Below are positions 55,610 through 64,000 of a stretch of DNA of 64,000 nucleotides, one piece after another (positions within the stretch are counted from its first letter, which is position 1; the number at the start of each line of letters is the position of its first letter). The notes beneath the pieces are model-generated. The model was not told the origin of the DNA. It saw only the letters and a list, made by a program, of their open reading frames with translations, and did no database searches. The position numbers and the translations under genes are program-made. Origin of the DNA: Bacillota bacterium (GTDB lineage: Bacteria; Bacillota; Clostridia; TANB77; CAG-508); the NCBI GenBank assembly GCA_963928415.1, contig CAWVEX010000023.1, forward strand, positions 10 to 64,009, written 5' to 3'.

Positions 55610-56587
55610 TTAAATTGCCATTATTCCAACCATACACATTATTAATGTAATTATACTGAAAATTGAAACAATTTTGTTTTCTTTCCAACCAGATAATTCA
55701 AAATGATGGTGTATTGGAGCCATTTTAAATAATCTGTTTCCGGTTTTTTTGAAATATATAACTTGTAAAATTACTGATGCTGTTTCTATAACAGGTATTA
55801 TTGCTATTATTATTAATAATAGTGGTAATTTTAAGTATAGTGCTATTCCTGCTATTGCTCCACCTAAAAGTAGAGATCCAGTATCTCCCATAAATACCTG
55901 TGCTGGATGTAAATTAAATAATAAAAATCCTAGTGCTGAACCTATTATTATGCATCCAAATATTGTTGTTTCTTTTATATCCCATATAATTGAAATAACT
56001 GTTAAACAAGTAAGTATAATAGTTGTTACACTTGTAGATAATCCATCTATACCATCTGTTAAATTTACTGCATTTGTTGTAGCTAATATAACTATAACTG
56101 CAAATGGTATATAAAACCAAAGTGGAAGCACTATATATTTGTCAATAAATGGTATATATATATCTGTTCCATTTTCAAAGTTAAATACTAACATTACAAC
56201 ATATGCTACTGCTATAATCATTAGTCCTAACATTTTAAGTCTTGGGCTTAGTCCATCAGTATTATGCAAAACTACCTTTTTAAAATCATCTATAAATCCT
56301 ATTAGTCCAAATCCTATTGTTACAAATACCATTGGTAATAGTCTTGTTGCTATTTCTGGTTCATCTGTTGCATAATCTATATATAAAAATGCACTAAGTA
56401 AAATTGTTGTTATTATTAATATTAGTCCTCCCATAGTAGGAGTTCCTTTTTTCTTTAGATGTGATTTTGGTCCGTCTTCTCTTTCAGACTGTCCTACTTT
56501 TAACTTTCTAAGTATAGGTATTACTATTAGTGATATTATTGTGCTTGCTACAAAAGATAATAATAATATCTTTATTTGAAAACTCAT
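55610..56587 (-). CDS. mraY: Phospho-N-acetylmuramoyl-pentapeptide transferase
   Basis: KKGTPTMGG, NAVNLTDGIDGL, MGDTGSL, APIHHHFE. Confidence 0.95.
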   Translation of the reverse strand: MSFQIKILLLSFVASTIISLIVIPILRKLKVGQSEREDGPKSHLKKKGTPTMGGLILIITTILLSAFLYIDYATDEPEIATRLLPMVFVTIGFGLIGFIDDFKKVVLHNTDGLSPRLKMLGLMIIAVAYVVMLVFNFENGTDIYIPFIDKYIVLPLWFYIPFAVIVILATTNAVNLTDGIDGLSTSVTTIILTCLTVISIIWDIKETTIFGCIIIGSALGFLLFNLHPAQVFMGDTGSLLLGGAIAGIALYLKLPLLLIIIAIIPVIETASVILQVIYFKKTGNRLFKMAPIHHHFELSGWKENKIVSIFSIITLIMCMVGIMAI

Positions 56588-56638
56588 TTGTATTTCCCCC
56601 TAAGCGTTATTATAACGTTTATATGTTTATTACTACTT

Positions 56639-58132
56639 TTATTTTTTAGATTGTTCTTTTTGCATTTCATCGATTATTTGTGCTACTATTTCTCTTTCAT
56701 CATAGTGATGTTTTACATGATTTATTTCTTGATAAGTTTCATGTCCTTTACCTGCTAATACTATAATATCATTTTTATTAGCCATTTTTATAGCTTTTCT
56801 TATTGCTTCAGTTCTGTCTACTATGCATTCATATCTGTTACTTGTTTTCTTAATTCCTTCTTCAATTTCTTTTACAATAGTTTCTGGATCTTCTGTTCTT
56901 GGATTATCTGATGTAATTATTGTATATGCAGCTATTTTTCCAGATATCGCTCCCATTAGAGGTCTTTTAGTTTTATCTCTATCTCCACCACATCCAAAAA
57001 CAGATATTACTCTACCTCTAGTATATGATTTTACTGCTTGTAATATGTTTTCTAAACTTTCTGGTGAATGAGCATAATCTATCATAATTGTTAAACCTAG
57101 CTTATTATCAACAAGTTCACTTCTTCCTGGAACTTTTACTGTTTCTAAAGCAGATTTAATATTTTCTGTTGAGCATCCTAATTTTTCTGCAACAGAAATT
57201 GCAGCTAAACTATTATATACACTAAACCTACCAGGTATATCTGTTTTTATTCTTTCATTTTTTCCATTTACTTTAACTCTAAAATCTACATATGAATTAG
57301 TAATTGTTATATCTTTTGCTAAAATATCACTTTCATTATCTATTCCATATGTTCTAAATATACAATTAGGAGCAAGTTTTGGTACTCTTATTGTATTAAT
57401 ATCATCTACATTTATAAATCCATATTTGCACATTTTAAATAACTTAACTTTTGAATTAAAATAGTCTTCCATATCTGGATGTTCTTTTGGACTTATATGA
57501 TCTTCTGAAAAGTTTGTAAAAATTCCTATATTAAAATCTGTACCATCTACTCTATGTAATTTTAAACTTTGTGATGAAACTTCCATTACACAAGCTGTGC
57601 AGCCATCTTTAACCATTTCAGCAAATAAACTTTGAAGTTTAATACTATCTGGTGTAGTTCTATCACTATCTTCTAATTTTCTGCTACCTGAATAAGCAGC
57701 AATTGTTCCAATTAAACCTGTTTTTATTCCTTGTTTTTCTAGAATTGATTTAATCATAAATGTTGTTGTTGTTTTTCCTTTTGTACCTGTAATACCTATT
57801 ACTTGCATTTTTCTAGAAGGATTACCATAGTAATTACAAGCACACATTGCTGTTGCTATTCTAGAGTCTGGTGATGTTATTAAAACTATATCTTTAGGAA
57901 TATTTTCCATTACTTCTTTTAGTTCTGATTCGTCTATTAAAATAACTTTAGCTCCATTTTCTATAGCATTTGTTATGTATTTATGACCATCTGTGTCAAA
58001 TCCTTTTATTGCTATAAACATATCCCCTGGCTTTATGCTTCTAGAATCTGTGCTTATGTTATTTACTTCTAGTTCTAAATCTCCTTTTGCTTTTAATCCA
58101 TCAATTCCTGCAATAATATTTTTTAAATTCAT
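56639..58132 (-). CDS. murE: UDP-MurNAc-tripeptide synthetase MurE (meso-DAP type by its DNPR motif)
   Basis: GITGTKGKTTT, DYAHSP, SDNPRTEDP. Confidence 0.9.
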   Translation of the reverse strand: MNLKNIIAGIDGLKAKGDLELEVNNISTDSRSIKPGDMFIAIKGFDTDGHKYITNAIENGAKVILIDESELKEVMENIPKDIVLITSPDSRIATAMCACNYYGNPSRKMQVIGITGTKGKTTTTFMIKSILEKQGIKTGLIGTIAAYSGSRKLEDSDRTTPDSIKLQSLFAEMVKDGCTACVMEVSSQSLKLHRVDGTDFNIGIFTNFSEDHISPKEHPDMEDYFNSKVKLFKMCKYGFINVDDINTIRVPKLAPNCIFRTYGIDNESDILAKDITITNSYVDFRVKVNGKNERIKTDIPGRFSVYNSLAAISVAEKLGCSTENIKSALETVKVPGRSELVDNKLGLTIMIDYAHSPESLENILQAVKSYTRGRVISVFGCGGDRDKTKRPLMGAISGKIAAYTIITSDNPRTEDPETIVKEIEEGIKKTSNRYECIVDRTEAIRKAIKMANKNDIIVLAGKGHETYQEINHVKHHYDEREIVAQIIDEMQKEQSKK

Positions 58133-58142
58133 AAATTATTTC

Positions 58143-58163
58143 GTGATATATTTTTTATATCAC
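58143..58163 (-). promoter_or_regulatory. 8-bp hairpin separating the murE SD from its start codon
   Basis: The minus strand reads GGAGGG-aaa-GTGATATA-aaaaa-TATATCAC-gaaataattt-ATG. No SD sits at the normal distance from the ATG. Confidence 0.5.
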
Positions 58164-58305
58164 TTTCCCTCCTTAATAATATTTGCCGTAATTAAACTTT
58201 TTCCTTTATATTCTTTCTTTTTTATTTATAAAAAATTACGGTTTATCATCTTATTCAATTGCTTAAAATGATACTTATTATATTATATAACTTATTTTAT
58301 TAAAA

Positions 58306-58336
58306 AAACAAGATTATATGCGAAATAATCTTGTTT
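58306..58336. terminator. Bidirectional terminator downstream of the AgrC-like kinase gene
   Basis: aaacaagattat / ataatcttgttt 12-bp stem flanked by A7 and T7 runs. Confidence 0.75.
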
Positions 58337-58377
58337 TTTTAGAATTATTTACTTTTATTTTTAACTAAAAAATTTTA

Positions 58378-59361
58378 TTACCAATTATATATTTCTAATT
58401 GTTGTTTAAATATTTTATTATCTTCTCTTGAAGTAGTTAATCTTAAGTTATCATTTTTTGCTACAATTTTATTTACTCTCCATAAACCTAATCCATGTCT
58501 TTTTTTATCTTTTTTAGTTGTAAATCCCTTTTGCTTTAATTTAGATAAATCTAATAATGTATTTTTAAATGGATTTTCTATTATTACTAAATTTCTATTA
58601 TTATATTTATCTTTTATAAATTTAATACTTATTTCTTTGTTATCACATTCTTTTGTTGCTTCTATTGCATTATCTATTAATATTCCTAAGACTCTGCACA
58701 ATTCATATGTTTTAATTTTTAAAACATTTAAATCAACATATACTCCAACAGTTATATTTATTCCGTCTTTTTTAGCTTCTAAATATTTGTTATTAATTAA
58801 GTTATATATAGCAGGATTAGTATTTCCTAGTTTTTCAAAGTCTTTGGTATTTTGTATTCCTTTGCAATCGCTCATAAATTCATTGTACATATTAGTTAGC
58901 CCATCCATATCTTTGGCTTGAATATATCCGCCTAACCCTTGCATTATATTTTTCATATCATGTCTAAAAGAACGGATATCTTCAAAGCTTTCCATTAGCC
59001 TAGTATTATTTCCTTCTAGTTCATTTACTTTATTTTGTTCATTTTTTAATTTAATAGTTTTTTTAATATTTATTATTGTTATAGAATAATATGAAATAAT
59101 TAAGATGATTGCTATAATATAAATTGTTGATGGAAATGATTTGAGCACATAAAAAAGACCTATTGTATTTATAAAAGTAAGAATTAATAAAATTATACTT
59201 GACGCAATAATTTGCTTTTTTCTATCTGAATTTAAACACTCTTTAGCTAATATTTTATTTTGTATAACTAATGTTATTGCTGTATATATTGCTATAATTA
59301 TGCATATAAGTACAGCTTTATTGTCCAATAATGTAATATTCATATTTTTCTCCTCTACCAA
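58378..59361 (-). CDS. AgrC/ComD-like (HPK10, GHKL) membrane histidine kinase, orphan
   Basis: 3-4 TM segments, H-box FRHDMKNIM, N-box GILIDNAIEAT, and G-box HGLGLWRV. Confidence 0.75.
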   Translation of the reverse strand: MVEEKNMNITLLDNKAVLICIIIAIYTAITLVIQNKILAKECLNSDRKKQIIASSIILLILTFINTIGLFYVLKSFPSTIYIIAIILIISYYSITIINIKKTIKLKNEQNKVNELEGNNTRLMESFEDIRSFRHDMKNIMQGLGGYIQAKDMDGLTNMYNEFMSDCKGIQNTKDFEKLGNTNPAIYNLINNKYLEAKKDGINITVGVYVDLNVLKIKTYELCRVLGILIDNAIEATKECDNKEISIKFIKDKYNNRNLVIIENPFKNTLLDLSKLKQKGFTTKKDKKRHGLGLWRVNKIVAKNDNLRLTTSREDNKIFKQQLEIYNW

Positions 59362-59458
59362 CCATATTTTTCCATAATCAATATGATATTACATTATTAG
59401 ACATTTTGCAATAGTTTTTGACAATATTTTACAAATTGTTAATATAAATTTAGTAATT

Positions 59459-60046
59459 TTATCTTTCGCCAATATGTTCATTCTTAATTTTTTCTAAAAT
59501 TTTTTCATTTGGTTCATATTCTCTAATTTCGCAATTTTTAAGTGATATTGATTGTAGATCATTATTAGCTGGGAATCCATTAAAATAGCATTCTATTGCT
59601 TGTGCCACTCCTCCGTGAGTTACAAGTACTATATTTTTCCCCATATATCTATATATTATTTTATCTAAACAATCTGATACTCTTTTGAACAAAGCCTGAA
59701 CAGGTTCAACATTAAATTTATTGTAGTTTTTTTGATAATCCAATAGCATTCTTATATTACACTCTTCACTATTATGCTTTCCTTCCAAATCTCCAAAACT
59801 TCTTTCAATTAGTTCTTGTTCAATTATTGGTTTTACTCCTGTAACTTTTTCTACAAATTTTGCTGTTTCTTTTGCTCTAATAAGTGGTGAAACTAAAATA
59901 ACATCCACAGGAATTCCTTGGAACTGTTTGGCCGTATCTTCTGCTTGTTTTAATCCCACTGAATTTAGTGGTATATCTTTCCTTCCCTGAAACACATTTT
60001 GAACATTATAATCTGTTTGACCATGTCTAATTACATAAATTTTCAT
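59459..60046 (-). CDS. Histidine phosphatase family protein (GpmB/CobC-like)
   Basis: IRHGQTDYN catalytic RHG motif and a downstream TH(G)G motif (VTHGGV). Confidence 0.8.
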   Translation of the reverse strand: MKIYVIRHGQTDYNVQNVFQGRKDIPLNSVGLKQAEDTAKQFQGIPVDVILVSPLIRAKETAKFVEKVTGVKPIIEQELIERSFGDLEGKHNSEECNIRMLLDYQKNYNKFNVEPVQALFKRVSDCLDKIIYRYMGKNIVLVTHGGVAQAIECYFNGFPANNDLQSISLKNCEIREYEPNEKILEKIKNEHIGER

Positions 60047-60079
60047 CTTTTCCCTTTCTATGAATTATTTGTACAATAT

Positions 60080-61132
60080 TTATTGCATTTTATCGATAAT
60101 CTCTTTATTTACTTTTATCATATTTTCTCTTTCTACATCAGTTAATTGTTGTCTATATTCTTTTATTTCCTTTATTTTTTTAATAGCTTCATCATAATTA
60201 TGGGAATTTATGATATTATATAACTCATCGAGTTTTTCATTTACAATAAATACTTTATACTTTTCTTTTTGTTTAAAGTACCAATCAAATAATTCTAATA
60301 TATCTAATAATTCACTATCGTTTTTAATTTGGTTAGTATCTATAATTTTACATATAATATATGGCATTATTCTTGCGCAGAAAAATCTGTAGTAACCAAT
60401 ATTATTCGTTTTACTAAAAATATTGTATATTAATTTATATGATTTATTTATTTTTTCAAAATACTCCTTTGAGCAATTAGTAGAATTTGTTTCATTTTTA
60501 GCATTTTGTCTATAATTGTATATAACATCTTTAATAATATATCCTTTAGGAGAATATGTGTAACAATATGTAGTAAAAATTGCATCTTCTGCTAAATATC
60601 CTTCTTTAAATCTTATGTTGTTATTATTTATAAAATCACTTCTAAATAATTTAATACACATAGCAGATGTCATTAGTAAAAAAGATTTTTTATAATCATT
60701 AAGTTCTATATATGAATCTTCACAAATATCTAAACAAGGCTTGTCCCACTTTTTGCCATCGTGAGTTGTGAATCTATAATTTGCCATTACATAATTCGTA
60801 TTTGCCTTTTTTATAGCATTGTGTAATAGTTCACAAGCATTTTCTTCTATAAAATCATCAGAATCTATAAATGTAATATATTTTCCAGTAGCATTATCTA
60901 TTCCACAGTTTCTAGCAGTGGAAGTTCCTCCATTTTCTTTATGTATAACTTTTATTCTACTGTCTTTTTTTGCATATTCATCACAAATTTTTCCTGAATT
61001 ATCTTTTGAACCATCATCAACAAGAAGTATTTCTATATCTTTATAAGTTTGATTTAATGTAGATTCAATACATTGTTCTAAAAAATCTTCAACATTATAT
61101 ACTGCTATTATAATTGAAATAGTTTCATTCAT
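60080..61132 (-). CDS. Family 2 glycosyltransferase
   Basis: SIIIAVYNVEDFL, LVDDGSKD, and a DSDD (DxD) motif. Confidence 0.8.
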   Translation of the reverse strand: MNETISIIIAVYNVEDFLEQCIESTLNQTYKDIEILLVDDGSKDNSGKICDEYAKKDSRIKVIHKENGGTSTARNCGIDNATGKYITFIDSDDFIEENACELLHNAIKKANTNYVMANYRFTTHDGKKWDKPCLDICEDSYIELNDYKKSFLLMTSAMCIKLFRSDFINNNNIRFKEGYLAEDAIFTTYCYTYSPKGYIIKDVIYNYRQNAKNETNSTNCSKEYFEKINKSYKLIYNIFSKTNNIGYYRFFCARIMPYIICKIIDTNQIKNDSELLDILELFDWYFKQKEKYKVFIVNEKLDELYNIINSHNYDEAIKKIKEIKEYRQQLTDVERENMIKVNKEIIDKMQ

Positions 61133-61178
61133 AAATAATATCTACCTTTCTTTTTTTCAATTTTTCAATATTGTAATA

Positions 61179-61832
61179 TTATTTTATGTAATTGGCTCTT
61201 TTTAAAATAGCACGAATCACTTCTTTTGCCATATCAGAAAGTGCATGCCATGATTGTGAATTGTTTTCAATTCTTCCTACATGAACTTCTTTTATTTTTG
61301 GTGTTAACTTAATAACATCTAATAATATTCCTATATCTACTCCATAATCTTTTTCAAATACTAGTTTTTCAAATAATTCTTTTTTACCTGCTATTATTCC
61401 ACTTAGTGGTTGCTCAAATTTATACATCTCTGGAAATAATAAATCTAATAAAGGTTTAACTACAAGTTCTGTAACTCGTCCACCGCTTCTTTCAAAAGCA
61501 GATTTTATAAAATCTGCTTCATTATTAATTATTGGTGTAACCATTGTTGTAATTAAGTCATCTATATATACTCCTAAGTCTCCATCCACAAATATAATAA
61601 TACTCCCCTTAGCATATTTAAGACCTTCCTCCATTGCATATCCTTTACCTTGTTTGTTGCAATGAACTAATTTAACCTTTTTCTCTATTGCTATATCTGA
61701 CGTTCTATCTGTAGAGCAATTATCAACTACTATAATTTCAATGCGTGACTTTGTTTCTTTTAGTTTATCAATCGTTTGTCCTATTCTTTCTTCTTCATTA
61801 TATGCTGGGATAATAACACTAATTAATTCCAT
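61179..61832 (-). CDS. Family 2 glycosyltransferase (short, soluble type)
   Basis: SVIIPAYNEEERI, VVDNCSTD, FVDGDL. Confidence 0.75.
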   Translation of the reverse strand: MELISVIIPAYNEEERIGQTIDKLKETKSRIEIIVVDNCSTDRTSDIAIEKKVKLVHCNKQGKGYAMEEGLKYAKGSIIIFVDGDLGVYIDDLITTMVTPIINNEADFIKSAFERSGGRVTELVVKPLLDLLFPEMYKFEQPLSGIIAGKKELFEKLVFEKDYGVDIGILLDVIKLTPKIKEVHVGRIENNSQSWHALSDMAKEVIRAILKRANYIK

Positions 61833-62041
61833 ATCTATTATTTCCTTTCTAAATAGCTCAACACCATAATTATAGCATATTTTAGATATTTATGTCAAAC
61901 AAGTTTCAGTTTACATATGTGTTCCATTTTATATATTTATATACATTAATATTAGATAATAATAAACCCAAAAAAGTTTAAAATTAATAAATATTTAAAA
62001 AATAATTATTGAAGTTAAAGTATCAGAAAATTAATATTTTA

Positions 62042-62070
62042 AATGGCCACAATTCGCATTTGTGGCCATT
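62042..62070. terminator. GC-rich hairpin just downstream of the PBP gene
   Basis: aatggccaca / tgtggccatt 10-bp stem. A clear T-run is present only on the plus strand, so its function as a minus-strand terminator is uncertain. Confidence 0.4.
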
Positions 62071-62078
62071 ATTTTGTA

Positions 62079-63848
62079 CTATTCACTTTTTTGCACTTCT
62101 AAATATGGAAGTATTTCACTAAAAATTTGCCCTGCGACTGGTGCTGCTACACCACCGCCTTGGTGTCCTCCTTCTCCAGTTGGATTGTATAATGTAATTA
62201 GTATAACTACTTCTGGGTCTTCTATTGGTGCTGTTCCAATAAATGATGTTACATATTTTCCTGTATTTACACCATCTTCAGATGTACCTGTTTTTCCTCC
62301 TATAGAATATCCTGTAACTTTTGCATTTTTTCCAGTTCCTTCGTCAACAACTGTTTGCATCATACTTAATACATTTTTTGCAGTTTCTTCAGATATAACT
62401 CTATCTCCATGAACAGGCTCTATATTTGTAACTTTTTTATTTCCATTTTCATCTACTTCGGTATTACTTATAATTTGTTTTACCACTCTTGGTTTTGTGT
62501 ACACTCCTCCATTTGCAATAGTAGATAGCATTGTAGCCATTTGTATTGGTGTTACTTCAAATCTCTGACCAAATGCAATTGTTCCTAGTTCTACTGGTCC
62601 TACTTTATCCTCCTTTAAAAATATTGAAGATGCTTCTCCAGGAAGATCTATTCCTGTTGTTTTAAAAAATCCAAATTTATTTAAATATTCATAATATTTG
62701 TGCACTCCTATTTTTTGTCCTAGTCCAATAAACACAGGGTTGCAAGAGTTCATTAATGCTTGCCTTAAACTCTCAGGCCCATGTGGATTATAATATCTCC
62801 AGCACTTCATTTTTACACCTGCAACATCAATATATCCAATACAGGTAAATTCACCTGCCTTATCTGTTGTAGTTATTCCTTCTTCTAGTGCTGATGAAGC
62901 TGTTACTAATTTAAAAGTTGAACCTGGTTCATAAGTATCAGATATTGCTTTATTACGCCACAGGCTTTGCATTTGCTTAGTTTGTTCTTCTTTAGATAAA
63001 CTTTCATCTACTGCAAATGGGTCATTTAAATTATAGTCAGGATAGCCTGCTAACGCTAAAATATCTCCAGTTTTTGGGTTCATTATTATTACATTTCCAC
63101 CATCTGTACACTTATTGTCAATACAAGCTTCTTTTAAATATTTCTCTGCTATACCTTGAATTGTAGCATCTATTGTTAAAACCAAATCATCTCCATCCTG
63201 TGGTTCATTATATTCTTCTGGATTATCCTCTATTGTTCCACCTGATGCATCTGTAACTTTACTTATTGACCCTGATTTTCCTTTTAAATATTCATCATAT
63301 TTTGCCTCTATTCCGTTTAATCCTTGATTATCTGAACCGCAAAAACCTATTACTTGTGAAGCTAGATCATTTAATGGATAATACCTTTTTGAATCTTCAT
63401 CAATATTTATTCCTTCAGTTATATTATTTTCTACTAGCCACTCTCTTAATATATTTGTTTTATCCTTATCTACCTTTCTTACTATTGTTTCTATTGATGA
63501 ACGTTTTTTTACTTTTTTTAATACTGATTCATAATCTAGTTCAAATATTTCACTTAATTTTTTAGCTACTTTTTCTTTGTCTTCATCTTTTATATGTGTA
63601 GGATTTACAGTAACAGTTTCAACTGAGCTACTTACAGCAAGCACTACTTTTCCTGTTGCATCATAAATTGTACCTCTTTTACTACTAATAGCTCTATCCG
63701 ATGTTTGCTGAGCATATGCTTTTTCTTTAAGTTCTGGGCCATCTACAAATTGAATATATCCTATTCTTACTAATAATGTTACCATTAGTATAATAGTTAA
63801 AAACATAGTATTCTTCATTCTCTTTCTAACACTTAATTTACCAATCAT
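62079..63848 (-). CDS. Class B penicillin-binding protein (SpoVD/FtsI-like transpeptidase), no PASTA domains
   Basis: N-terminal TM segment, then the STFK, SCN and KTGT motifs in order. Confidence 0.9.
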   Translation of the reverse strand: MIGKLSVRKRMKNTMFLTIILMVTLLVRIGYIQFVDGPELKEKAYAQQTSDRAISSKRGTIYDATGKVVLAVSSSVETVTVNPTHIKDEDKEKVAKKLSEIFELDYESVLKKVKKRSSIETIVRKVDKDKTNILREWLVENNITEGINIDEDSKRYYPLNDLASQVIGFCGSDNQGLNGIEAKYDEYLKGKSGSISKVTDASGGTIEDNPEEYNEPQDGDDLVLTIDATIQGIAEKYLKEACIDNKCTDGGNVIIMNPKTGDILALAGYPDYNLNDPFAVDESLSKEEQTKQMQSLWRNKAISDTYEPGSTFKLVTASSALEEGITTTDKAGEFTCIGYIDVAGVKMKCWRYYNPHGPESLRQALMNSCNPVFIGLGQKIGVHKYYEYLNKFGFFKTTGIDLPGEASSIFLKEDKVGPVELGTIAFGQRFEVTPIQMATMLSTIANGGVYTKPRVVKQIISNTEVDENGNKKVTNIEPVHGDRVISEETAKNVLSMMQTVVDEGTGKNAKVTGYSIGGKTGTSEDGVNTGKYVTSFIGTAPIEDPEVVILITLYNPTGEGGHQGGGVAAPVAGQIFSEILPYLEVQKSE

Positions 63849-64000
63849 TATTTTTCCTTCTTTAATAAAATTTATTTTCTTAAGTAAATTTTATTAAAAT
63901 AAATAGAAAAAAAGAACTAGAAAGAGTAAATAAAAAAACACTAATAATAAATTATTTAAATTAATTAGAAAATATTTGATTAATATATATAATATTTTCC

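Noticed and set aside
1-64000. A check of the whole window for prophage, IS or integrative-element boundaries, or a large defence island.
   Set aside because: The window has no integrase, transposase, recombinase, tRNA attachment site or phage structural gene. Apart from the type III TA cassette, the content is housekeeping with uniform AT-rich composition by eye.

Overview
This is 64 kb of a very AT-rich chromosome from an endospore-forming, Clostridia-like Firmicute. It is mostly core genes on the minus strand, and I saw no transposase, integrase, cas gene, tRNA or rRNA gene.

Gene content:
- The cell-division/sporulation cluster is split in two. One part is divIB, two DUF881 genes, sbp, ftsA, ftsZ, spoIIGA and sigE, with sigG inverted (510-9346). 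The other is pbp, murE, mraY, ftsW and murG (53220-63848).
- Between them lie murA, smc, an HD-GYP gene, a fibro-slime/MucBP surface protein, mazF, dusB, rodA-minE-minD, a two-component system, mscS, an amylase, trmB, proS, scpB, ctsR-mcsA-mcsB-clpC with a textbook CtsR operator, hpf, rpsT, an SASP gene, gatCAB and topA.

Main findings:
1. A compact type III toxin-antitoxin cassette (43910-44605). It runs promoter, two 48-nt tandem RNA repeats plus 7 nt of a third, leaky terminator, then a ToxN/AbiQ-like ORF. Six of the 12 differences between the repeats are compensatory, preserving a hairpin and a loop-tail pseudoknot.
2. The gatC-gatA-gatB operon is interrupted twice, by a P-loop kinase-like gene and by a 549-aa protein in which I recognise no domain.
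3. An intact MazF/EndoA toxin has no adjacent antitoxin gene.
4. A roughly 330-nt ORF-less unit on the minus strand, bounded by a promoter and a terminator, carries a 15-bp long-range inverted repeat (31747-32111).
5. A 31-nt motif of three phased TGTCRAA-like repeats occurs at two sites.
6. A family of GC-rich palindromic elements with a GGGAC core sits at gene ends.
7. The sigG-ylmC block is inverted relative to spoIIGA-sigE, and ylmC is frameshifted.

All calls rest on reading the sequence and on remembered family motifs. No database search was run.
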